Below are positions 15,001 through 25,356 of a stretch of 64,000 nt of DNA, in pieces; positions within the stretch are counted from its first letter, which is position 1; the number at the start of each line of letters is the position of its first letter. The notes under the pieces were generated by a model that made no database searches, was not told where the DNA came from, and worked only from the letters and a program-made list of their open reading frames with translations. The DNA is from Pelagomonas calceolata (taxonomy: Eukaryota). The DNA lies in assembly GCA_918797485.1 (NCBI GenBank), contig CAKKNE010000004.1, forward strand, positions 5,146,001 through 5,210,000. The letters run 5' to 3'. Position numbers and translations under genes: made by a program.

Positions 15001-18000
15001 CCTCGACGTTGCCGAGGGCCTCGAGGGCCACCTTGACCACGTAGGGCGACGCGTCCGCGCCCAGCTGCTCCGTCTTGCCGGAGCAGTGGGCCGGCAGGTT
15101 GACCTGCGGCGTCTCGCCGCGCATGTAGCCCAGCCCGTCGTTGTCGCCGCAGCCCGTGGCGTTCGAGTTGTTGTACGTGAGCGTGAAGAGGCCGTCGAAG
15201 TCGCGCGCGAAGTGCAGCCGCTGGATCTCGTAGGTCGCGGGGTTGTACGTCGCGACGCCGCCGTCGGCGTAGTGCGCGTAGTCGCCCTCATCATTATGAC
15301 GCCAGAGCTCCGTGAAGAAGACGTCCAGGCCCTCGCGGCCGCGCGACGCCGTCAGGTCCCGGAGCGGCGCGCCGGAGGCCTTCTTGGGCTCGATCGTGAA
15401 CGTGTTCGCCCGGCCCTTGAGGAACTCCGTGACCTTGGAGAGGCCGTGGTCGACCTGGTAGTAGCCGGGCCCCGACGACAGCTCGAGCGTCGGCACGTCG
15501 CCGACGCGCTCGAGGAACGTGACCGTGTACGTGCCGAAGGACTGGCCGTACGTCGTCTCGTTGCTCCGCGTGACGTGCACCCGGCCGATGTCGAGGTTGT
15601 CCGCCGCGAGGGTCTGCTCCCAGGTCTGCGGCGTGTCCATGCCGCTGAGGCCGGCGCTGAACTCCGTCTTGGGCGTGAGGCCCAGCCGCACGTAGACGTC
15701 GCCGATGCCCAGGTCCACGCTCACGACCTGCTGCTCGTAGACGACGCCGGCCATGCCCACGCTGAGGGCCGAGCCGCTCGCCGTCGTCTGCGCCGCCGCC
15801 GCGCCCGCGCGCGCCGCGACCGTGAGCGACGCGCGCGACAGCACGCCGCCGCCCAACAAATTGAAGGGCTGGACCTTGAAGGCGTAGAGGGCGTCCGTCG
15901 TGAGGCCGGCGACCTCGTAGTCGAGCACGTCCGGCGCGTCCGTGCCGTCGTAGACGAGGACCGCGGGCGTGCCCGGCAGCACCGTCTCGACGTACACGTT
16001 CGGGCGGTGGTAGTAGTCGTCGGTGCCCGCGTCCACGAGGCGGCCCGCCGTCGCGCGCATGAGCGGCACGTCGCCCGCCTCGGAGTCGAACGTGACCATC
16101 CACTCGAAGCCGCCGAAGGCGTCCGTCTGGTTGCGCGACACCGTGACGACCGAGATGGTCTCCAGATTCTCGAGCTCGGCCTTGACGGCGACGGCGTCGG
16201 CGTCCACGGGGATCGCGACCGTCTCCTCGCCGCGGAAGGACAGCGTGAACGAGCCCGACAGCTCGTTCGTGCCGGCCAGGAGCCGCTCGACCGACACGTC
16301 GTGGGGGTCGGTGGCGGTGTAGGCGTCGACCTGGGCCTTGTCGACGGCCATGAGGGGCACCTGGCCCCGACCGTAGAACGTGACCGTCTTGTTGGTGTTG
16401 CCGTACATGCCGTCGTAGCCCGTGACGTTGACGCACTTGTCGCGCGTCGTCTTTCCATAATTACAGCCGATGGCGTTGGCGATGGCGTGCTCCCACTCCG
16501 AGTCCGGCGCCGCCCGCTCGAGGGGCTTGGTCCACTTGCCGTTGACGTAGAGGCGCACGACGGAGTCGAACTTCGTGTTCTCGAAGAGGATGCGCTGGCG
16601 CTCGGGCGACGGGCGGTCCGCGTCGATGACGACGCGCTGGACCTCCTGCTTGACCGGGTCCGGGTCCGCCACAGTATTTAAAGAAGCGCCGGGGTACATG
16701 AAGAGCCGGTAGCCCGAGATGGGCGAGCCGCCCGTCGCGTTGTGGTAGGGCGCGCGCCAGCGCACGTGCACCGACGTCTCGCCGACGTCGACGTTCGTCG
16801 GCCGCACGAGGGCGTAGGACTGGTTCCCGTACGTGCCGTCGCGGACGCCGTCGTCGATGCCCGGCACGGTCGCGGCGATCATCGACGTGACCGGCGACTT
16901 CGCCGACCGGCCCAACCCATTCACGGCCTGGACGTAGAAGCGGTAGAGCTCGCCCTCGTCGAGCTCGCCGACGACGTGGCGCATGACGCCGAAGCGGCCC
17001 GGCAGGACGTCGACGCTCCCGAGCCCGCCCTCGTCGCGCGGCCCCGCGCCGAACGTCTCCATGGGCACCTTCTCGAAGGCCTTCTTGCCCGGGCGGCCCA
17101 TCCAGAGCTGGTAGGCCGTGATGTTCGCGCCGCCGTTGTCGACGGGCGCGCGCCACTCGACGGCGACCTGGCCGTGCTTGAACATGCGGTCCGAGTTCGC
17201 CTGGTACAGGGACTCGCGGACGCCGTAGGCGGACATGCTCACCTGCCGCGGCGCCAGCGGCGCCATGGGCGCGCGCGGGTTCCGCACCGTGAAGACGGAC
17301 GGGTCCGAGAACTCCCCGCGGCAGATGAGGTCCGCGTCGCGCGCGTTGCAGTAGTTCACGGCGCGCACCGTGAACCGGTACTGCTTGCCCGACTCGAGGC
17401 CGACGCTCGTGCGCGTGCGCACGACGAACTCCGTCACGTCGGGCTGGTCCGTGCCGTCGAAGACGAGGCGCGGCCGGCCGCCGGCCCACTCGTCCATCCA
17501 GAGCTCGTAGCCCATGACGCCCGCGCCGCCGTCCGTCGTCGGGTGGTCCCACGCGACGGCCAGCGAGACGGAGCTCGAGTTCACGAGGCGCACGGGCGGC
17601 GGCGCGCCCGGCGCGTTCCACGACGGCGTCTCGTACTCGGGCGCCGAGAGCTCGTAGGCGCCGAAGCCCAGGTCGTTGTGCCACCGCGCGCGCGCGTAGT
17701 AGCGCTCGCCCGTCGCGAGGCCCAGGAGGTCGTAGGCGTACGGCGCGCCGCCGCTCAGGTCCGTCGCCGTCGCGACGCACTCGCCGAGCGGGCCGTCGGC
17801 GCAGCTGCCCGGGCCCGAGCCGCGCGTCACCTCCGTCACGGTCACGTTGAGGCCCGAGCAGTCGCCCGCGCCGGCGCCGTCGCGGTAGTCGCCCTCGCAG
17901 GCGCCGCCCGTCAGCGTCGAGTTGGGCTGCGCCCAGTCGAGCGTCGCCACGTCGCCGCCGTTGCAGACGTCGTCGCCCCAGCGGTTGGTCTTGCAGCCGC

Positions 18001-21000
18001 CGAAGGTGACGAACCACGTGTAGCCGTCGTGGTTCGACGCGCGCGAGACCTCGACGTCGCCGACGTGCTCCATGGCCTCGAGCGCGGCCTCGAAGGCCGC
18101 GGGCGACGCGTCGTGCGGGATCGGGCCCGAGTAGTCGCACTCCGTCGGCGACCAGAAACGGCCCGGGTAGGGCGCCCGGGGCGCGCGGTAGAGGCCCGCG
18201 CGCGTGTCGTTGCAGAACGTCAGCTGGAACGAGCCCTGGAGCGGCCGCGAGCCCTTCATGCGCTCGCTCACGGAGACCGTCGCCTTCGGGTAGAGGGGCG
18301 GGTTGTTCAGGAACCGGTCTAAGGTCGTGCCGCGCTGGACGCCGTCGTTCACGCCGCTCCGCGAGAAGTTCGCGCCGAGCGGCAGGAGCGTCGTGTCGTC
18401 GGGGACGAGCATGGCGACGTCCCGCGCGTTCGCCGGCCAGTAGCCCGGGTTGCTCACGAAGGAGATGGTCCAGGCGTACTCGCGGCGCGGCCCCGGCGCC
18501 GACCGCACGACGTCCACCGTGCCGACGTTCGGCAGCTGCTCGAGCCGCGCCTTCATCGTCGACGCCGCGGCGTTGTACTCGATCGGCTCCGTCGTGTGCC
18601 GCCGCAGGGTCAGCGTGAACGTGCCGCCGAGCTCGACGCCGCTCCGCGAGGCGCAGTACACGCAGTGGCGCACGTCCGCCGCCGTCTCGGCGCCGTCCGC
18701 GTAGAGCTTGAGGTGCGCGCCGCTCCCGGTCAGCTTGTCCTCGGCGATCTGCAGGGCCTCGACGTTGCCGCCGACGCCCGAGCCGCGGAACTCGACCGCA
18801 TAGAGGCGCTCGTTCGCGCTGTAGGGCGCGGCCATGTCCGACGACCAGTCCGAGACGTTGACGCCCGTGACGCCCTGGGACTCGAGGGCCTGGATCGTGT
18901 CGAGGGCGATGAGCGCCGCCTCGACCTCCTTGTCCGTGGCCTGGAACGAGATGGCCGCCGTCGTCTCGCCGCGGAAGCGCAGCTTGTACGTGCCGCCGAG
19001 GCCGGCGATGCCCTCGCGGTTGCGGTAGACGTCGATGCGCCGCAGGCCCTCGAGGTTGTTGACGTTGCCCACGAGCGCGGGCACGGGGCCCACGTAGTCC
19101 GTGACGGAGTTGAACGTGATGTTCATGGCCGCCTCGTAGCCGACGTGCGGCGAGTGGCCGTCCTCGACGACGAGCCGCCCGTCGCCGCCGTCGATGCACG
19201 CCGTCGTCGCGCCGCCGCCGACGCCCGTGAACGTCACGGTCACGTCGTTGATGTTCGTGAGCTCCTCGAGCGCGGCCTCGACGACCGCGGGGTTCGCGTT
19301 GTAGGCGATGCTGCGCGTCGTGAGGCCGTCGAACGTGAACGTGAAGCTCCCGCCCGACGCGTCGCACTCGACGAGCTGCGTCTCGAGGCGCGACGTGCCG
19401 CCCGCCGGCGACGTGCCGTCGAAGTCGTCGTCGAGCTTCAGGTGGATGAGCTGGACCTCGGAGAAGTTCCGCCAGGCCGGCAGCTCCGTCCGCACGACCT
19501 GCACCTCCGTCGTCGCGTTCATCGAGAGGCGCACGGCCTGGACCTCGTCGACGAACGGCTCGCCGGCCCACTCGACGCGGTACGAGTCGACGGCGTCGCC
19601 GCCGTCCCGGACCGGGTCCTCGAGGGAGAGCCGGAGCGACGTCGCGTCGAGCACGGCCAGCGACACGTTCACGGGCGCGCCGGGCCGGAAGGGCGTCGGC
19701 GCCACGTAGGGCGGCGTCGTCATCGTCCAGGGCCCCTGGCCCAGGGCGTTGACCGCCGCCACGCGCACGTAGTAGGGCACGCGCGTCTCGAGCTTCGAGA
19801 TCGTCAGGTCCAGGTCCGCCAGGTCCGTGATCGCGGCCGAGCCGAGCGGCAGGCCGTTGAGCGGGTCCAGGGAGTTGAAGGGCGGGAAGACGCCCTGCCG
19901 CTGGAGGAACGTCGTGGCCGACACGGCCGTGCCGGTCATGTCGAGGTCGTCCGCGGTCAGCATCGGCACGTCGCCGAGCTCCGTGAGGAACGTGATGGAC
20001 CACGTCGCGCCGCCGTTCTCGTCGGGCGCCGTGCGGCTGACCGCGACGGAGCCGATCGTCGAGAGGGCCTCGAGGGCCGCCTCGACGTCGTACGCCGACG
20101 ACGTGTAGGGCAGGTAGCCCGTCCGCTGGCCCCGGAACTCCAGGGCGAAGTCGCCGCTCACGGCGACGCTCGTCGACTTCTGCACGAGCGTCACGTTCGC
20201 CGTCGAGTTCTTGTTGTCGTACGGCAGGAACGACACGCCGCGCTGGAAGTTCTGGACGCCCTGGCCGTCGACGTTCGACCGGTGGTTGACGGCGCAGTTC
20301 GGGTCGCCGCAGATGGCGATCATGGGCAGGTCGCCGGCGTTCGTGTCGAACGTGACGCGGTAGAGGCACGTGCCCGTGCGCCGCTTCTCGAGCCACTCGA
20401 TGCCCTCCGAGCCGTCGTCCTTGACGCCGGCCGACTCCACGGAGACCGTGACGCGGCCGATCGTGCTGAGGGCCTCCAGCTCGGACTGGACGATGTCGGT
20501 CCGCCCCTCGGTCGTCGTCGCGACGGTCATGGTGTCGTCGCCCGCCTGCGCGCTGCTGGACGGGCCGTCCTCGGGGCCCGCCGCGTCGCGGCTCACCGAG
20601 ATGGAGAGCTCGTCGAGGTTGCCCGCCGTGGTGCTGAAGGTGACGTCCCAGTCGCACTCGTGGCTGCCGAGCGTCGCCGACGACGCGACGTCGACCTCGT
20701 AGAACGCGTCCAGGGCCTCGAGCTCGGCCTCGATCTTGGCGCCGGCCACGGAGCAGTCGCCGCCGTTGGCCGCGTAGATGTAGCCCGTCGTCTCGCGGCC
20801 GTAGCCGAGGCGGAAGGTCGTGCGCGGCGACACGGCGGCGTCGCCGCCGCTCGCCGTCGTGTCGACCGTCCGACTCGAGATGCGCTGCACCTCGGGGACG
20901 GCGTCGCCGCACTCGCCGGTCTTGGGGTCCGACGCGGCGAAGATCTTGCCCGTAATTTGGCCCCCGAACTCGAGGTAGAAGTAGTCGTTCTTCGTGTCGT

Positions 21001-22632
21001 TGCCGCCGCCGCGCGTCACGTTGAGCAGCTGGATCTCCTTCATCGTGCCCTCGCGGAGCACCTCGATTTTGGCCCGCGCGTCGACGCCGATGAGGTTGGC
21101 CGTCGAGGCGATCTCGAAGTCGAAGTCGTCGCCGAGGTCCTTCTCCCACGTGCGCTCGGCGTCGTCGAGGAACGACACGGTCCAGACGTAGCCGTTCTCG
21201 GGGTCCGGGCCGCTCCGCGAGACGGCCACCGTCCCCGCCGGCACGCCCGGCAGGCGCGTCAGGGCCTCGACGACGTCCTCGGCGGTCGCGTCGTGCTGGA
21301 TCACCGTCGTGCCGGGGTGCACGCCGTCGACGCCCGCGAAGCTCACGTTGAAGCTGCCGCTCAGCGTGTTGCCCGCGCGCACCTCGGAGGTCTCGACCCA
21401 GGGGTCGCCGCTCAGGCCCAGGAGCGTGCCCTCGTAGACGGGCGTCAGGAGCGGCTGGTCGCCGCCCTGGTCGTCGTGGACGAAGGTCACCCACCAGCTG
21501 AAGCCGCCGAAGGGCTGCGCGTCGCCCCGCACGACGGTCACGTCCGTGACCGTGTCCAGGAGCTCGAGCGCGTCCTCGACCTCGCCCGCGGTCGCGTCCG
21601 CGGCGATGAGCGCCGTCGTGTCGCCGCCGAAGGTCAGGCGGAAGGTGCCGCTGATGGCGTTGCCCTCCGTCTCCGTCGCCACCGTCACCGTCGAGCCGAG
21701 CGTCAGCCCCGACGCGTCGAGGACCTGGAGCTGCGGCAGGTCGGCGAGCGTCTCGTTGAACTGGATCTGCCACTGGAAGCCGGCGCGGCCGTCGATGGAG
21801 ACGTCCTCGCGCTTCACCTTGGTGACCATGCCGAGGCCCACGTTTTGCAGCGCCTCGACCATGGCGAGGACGGACGTCCGGCCGCAGCACGCCGCGGCCG
21901 ACGCGGGGATGGCGCCCGTGTACTGGAGCGTGCCGCCCGTCGGCCGCGTGTCCAGGGCCAGCGCGAAGGTGCCCGCCAGCGTCGAGCCGGCCGGCGCCGT
22001 CGCCGTCACCCACTGCTCCTCGCGGTGCGGCCGCGCGAGCGTCCGCACGAGCTGGATCTCGTCCACGTCCTTGCCTGTGTGGAAATCAAAATTTTACGGC
22101 GCGTTCGTGCTGAATCGTCGCGTCGTCCTCCACGCCATCGACGCGACGCCGACGCACTGGTTGATTTCCACACAGGTCCTTGCCGAAGGTGCGGATCGTC
22201 TGGAGCTCGTTCGCGCCCAGGTACGTGCTCGTCGTCACGGTCTGGACCTCGGCCACGCCGGGGTTCGTGTCCCATTCGACCTGGTAGCTCTGGACCTGTG
22301 TGGAAAGCAACCGGTGTTTCGGGCGCACCCGATAATTCTTCACGAAGTCATTTCGCGGCGATGATGCGGCCGCGCTGGCTCCGTCGAGCGGTGGGGAACC
22401 GACACCGCCACGCCATCGAGCAGGCGTCGCGTCGATGGCGTGGAGGTCGTAAAATTTTGCTTTCCACGCGGCTCCGGACGGCCGCGCCGCCGTCGCTCAG
22501 CGGCGGCGCCCAGGCCACCTCGACGCTGTCGCCGCCGACGATCTCCAGCAGCGCGTCCGTCGGCGCCGACGGCACGCGCAGCTCCGCGCGCGCCGCGGCA
22601 AATAATACGAGCAGCCCGCGGAGGGGCTGCAT
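1..22632 (-). CDS. Giant predicted secreted/surface protein (3'-partial, at least 7,446 aa): signal peptide, many FN3 and filamin/Ig-like domains, 3 PA14 domains and about 25 copies of an EVQ-GTFxLxFxG-ALExL module
   Basis: Exons 22632-22480, 22295-22184, 22074-<1. The N-terminus MQPLRGLLVLFAAARA looks like a signal peptide, and the spliced product reads ...WAPPLSDGGAA|VQSYQVEWD...IRTFG|KDVDEIQ. The frame at 22072 equals the frame at base 4, and the ORF track lists no stop-terminated ORF in that frame, so it appears open throughout. Motifs read directly: FN3 (YYVRVAAVNALGQG), filamin-like (IAGSPF...FRVTTKDATGN) and PA14 (GGLAAEYFDN...IDFDWG...VSARWSG...DDGARVYVD) at about 13350-13760, 9050-9565 and 4890-5335. 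Confidence 0.9.
22075..22175. mobile_element. Introner (TIR element forming a GC-AG intron 22183-22075 on the minus strand), internally deleted, 101 bp
   Basis: TIRs ctgtgtggaaatcaa / ttgatttccacacag with a perfect 8-bp TSD gtccttgc (22067-74, 22176-83). Removal restores F-G-K-D. Confidence 0.93.
22296..22471. mobile_element. Introner (GT-AG intron 22479-22296, minus strand), 176 bp, opposite orientation to its neighbour
   Basis: TIR variant ctgtgtggaaagcaa / ttgctttccacgcgg; TSD ctctggac / ctccggac. Removal gives a phase-0 join A-A|V-Q-S-Y. Confidence 0.9.
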
Positions 22633-23341
22633 TTTTTGGTGCCTACTCTTCGGGTATGTAAGCTTCGCTTTTTGGGCGCTTTAGGCCGTGGGGCGCGCTG
22701 CTCAGGAGTCGGTCTTCTCCTGCGCAGCGTGCGGCACGCCCTAAATCCAGCCTGGCTAGCCTGTGGCTGTCCCTGGAGCGCCTCTGCAGCACTACCTGCA
22801 CGCTCTTCGCTGCCCTGCGTCTCCCGGGCAGCAAAGAAGCGCGTACCACCCCGTTGCGACCGTGCAGCCGGCGCGGGTGTGGGTTTTTTGGCAGGTTATT
22901 GGTCGCTGCGCCCAGGTCTCTCCAGCGGACGGAAGAAAACCCCCTAGCCTTACAAAATATGAGCGCTCGCCCTCTTGCCAGAACGACCCCGCCACGCCGT
23001 GGCGCAGCGGTGCGGCGCCCGGGATCGCGCGCGCACTCGTCCGGGGCAGCCGGGCGCTTGCAGCCCCCCAAGACAATATGAAGGGCGCTTCCACGCGCGA
23101 GAGACGTCCCCGCATCAGCTTTGCCGCAGAGCGAGCCCTCGGCTGCGACGGCAGGTCGGGGTCGCGTCCAGCAGCGGCCCTCGTCGAGCCTCCAATCCGG
23201 CACGAGAGCGGCGCGGCTGCCAGCTCGCAGTCGTTTGGGAGGGCCAGGCCCCGTCCTCGGCAGCGCGCGCGTCGTCGACGCGAAAGGCAGCGTTTTGGGA
23301 GCAGGCTCACTGGAAGGCCTGGGCTCAGCCCTCGCTTCGGC

Positions 23342-24356
23342 ATGGCGGCCCTCGCCCTGGCCGGCTTCAAGGCCGCGCCGCCCTCGAAGAGCCCCGTGGG
23401 CCCGATCGCCTTCGAGGACTTCGAGGCCCTCGAGGCCGGCCAGAGCCACGAGTTCGTGTCGCCCGCGCTGCTGACGCCGAGCCCCGTGCCGACACCGCGG
23501 CGACCGAACTGGGTGCCCTGCCGCGTGTCGCGGCCGCGCAAGGACCGCTTCGAGCTGCGGGCCGAGGACGGCGCGTTCATGCTCGGCGCGCGCGTCGTCG
23601 GCGGCGTCTGCTACGTGTCGACGGCCGAGGCCTTCGTCGCCAGCACGCGGCTCCCGCTCCCGCGGCCCTTCGCCGACGCGCAGGCCGCGGCGCGGGCCGC
23701 GCCGAAGAACGTCGTCGCCGTCGTCGCGCCGCGCGAGGGCCGGAACAAGGCGCCCGTCTTCGAGCTCGTCCTGGTCTCGGCGCAGCGCGGCCGGGCCGCG
23801 CGGCCGCTCTGCGAGGTGCGGCCCTCGAGCGTCTGGTGCGACCGCCAGGGCGCCGAGCTCCGGCGCCTCGCCATCGCGCTGCCCGAGTCCGCGCCGACGG
23901 CGCACTACACGCACGACTGGAACAGCCAGCCCGTCCGCGCCCGGCGTCCGCCTTCGGCCTTCAGCCTTCAGCCCGCGCGCCGGCCGGCGCGCGGAGGACG
24001 ACGCGACCCCCGCGCAGACGGCGGCCACGCGCGTCGCGCTCCACTCGAAGCTGCCCGTCTGGAACCGGCAGCTCGGCTGCCTGTCGCTCCACTTCGGCCG
24101 GAAGCGCGTGCGCGCGTCGTCCTCGAAAAACTTTCTCGTCTACACGGCGGAGGCGCTCCGGGACCCGAAGCGGCGCGACGACGCCGAGGCCGCCGTGTTC
24201 CAGCTCGGCAAGCTCGCGCCGAAGACGTTCGCGCTCGACTTCCGGCACCCCATGTCCGCGCTGCAGGCGTTCGGCGTCGCGCTCGCGGCCTTCCGCGTGA
24301 AGCACTCGCGCGGCGTGCCGCGCATCTCGCGCGCCGAGGCCGAGCCCTATAAGTAA
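23342..24356 (+). CDS. Tubby C-terminal domain protein (about 309 aa, one ordinary GT-AG intron 23933-24017)
   Basis: The spliced frame gives KLPVWNRQLGCLSLHFGRKRVRASSSKNFLV...FQLGKLAPKTFALDFRHPMSALQAFGVALAAF, the typical Tubby C-terminus. The start ATG at 23342 is inferred. Confidence 0.82.
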
Positions 24357-24377
24357 CCTATCTGTTTTTGGTCTTAG

Positions 24378-24797
24378 TCACGGCCCCTTCACGACGTGCC
24401 GCGGCGGCAGCGACACGTGGGCCTCGCCGTCGACGGTCACGACGAGCTTGCCGTCGTCGAGCCACTCGTACGCGGAGAGCTCGTCGACGCAGGGCGCCAG
24501 CGTCAGCGCGCTCCCGTCCCGCCGCCAGCGGCCCGTCGCCGTCTGCGGCGGCGTCGCGACGCCCGGCACCGACCAGCGCAGCGTGTAGGACCCGGCGCTC
24601 GCGAGCGACAGCGTCACCTCGGCGAACGCGCGGCCGACGCGGCGCCAGTGGAGCTCGATGGCCGTCGGGCCCACGACGGGGCCGCGCGCGAACGTCTCGT
24701 CCGCCTGCCTCCGGAGCCGGTCGAGGACCGCGCCGCGCGCCTCGGCGCTCGCCGGCTCGATGTCGCTGTCGCTGTCGCTGTTGAAGAGGTCGGCCAT
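24378..24797 (-). CDS. Hypothetical protein, 139 aa
   Basis: ORF with GC3-biased codons and balanced composition (MADLFNSDSDSD...), convergent with the Tubby gene. No domain recognised. Confidence 0.6.
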   Translation of the reverse strand: MADLFNSDSDSDIEPASAEARGAVLDRLRRQADETFARGPVVGPTAIELHWRRVGRAFAEVTLSLASAGSYTLRWSVPGVATPPQTATGRWRRDGSALTLAPCVDELSAYEWLDDGKLVVTVDGEAHVSLPPRHVVKGP

Positions 24798-25356
24798 CCT
24801 GGAAGGGCCGGAAGCTTCGCCTGCAAATGCAGCCCAGTTTTAGCTTAGCTTTTGGCCCTGCAGCCTAGCGTTCTCGTCAGGCTTTACTAGTGTGGGCTCG
24901 TCAGGTTGCCCGAACAGGCGTCTTTGCCGCGGAGGCAGCCCAAGTTCCCAAGTTGTGAGAAAGTGGACGGGTTTTCGTCTCTCGCGCCGCGCCGCATCTT
25001 TAAACGCCATCATTAATCGCACGTAGCAGCCAATGCCCGGCGGGCGGTGCCATCCCGATCGCTAATGGCTGCGTCCTCTTGAGGCAAGCGTCGCCAGCTT
25101 GCCCGCTTTTGAATTTATTCGTCCGGAGACGGCTCGCGCCGCGCCGCTGCGGGGCACGGGTGATCTCCAGGTGCCCTGTTTTTTAAAGTTGACATCCAGT
25201 CAGTCAGAGATCAATGTGAGTGTGTGATTGAAACTCTTGGGTTGTCTTGTCCGTGCACACACTCTGATCTAGAGAACTAGCATATATAAACGGCGCGATG
25301 CGATCCTAGCAGCCCGCCTCGTCCCTGCGAGGCGCGTGAGGGCCATCGCGACCTGC

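Noticed and set aside
125..22684. Very long ORFs in the track (5858..14749 +, 16461..22013 -, 18596..22684 +, 5742..9368 - and others)
   Set aside because: Arg/Gly/Ala-rich shadow frames of the giant minus-strand gene, caused by extreme GC3. They have no domains, and many end at the rare AT islands.
23933..24017. Tubby-gene intron as an introner, or the frame change as a frameshift/pseudogene
   Set aside because: An ordinary GT-AG intron explains the frame change. No TIR, core motif or TSD is recognisable.
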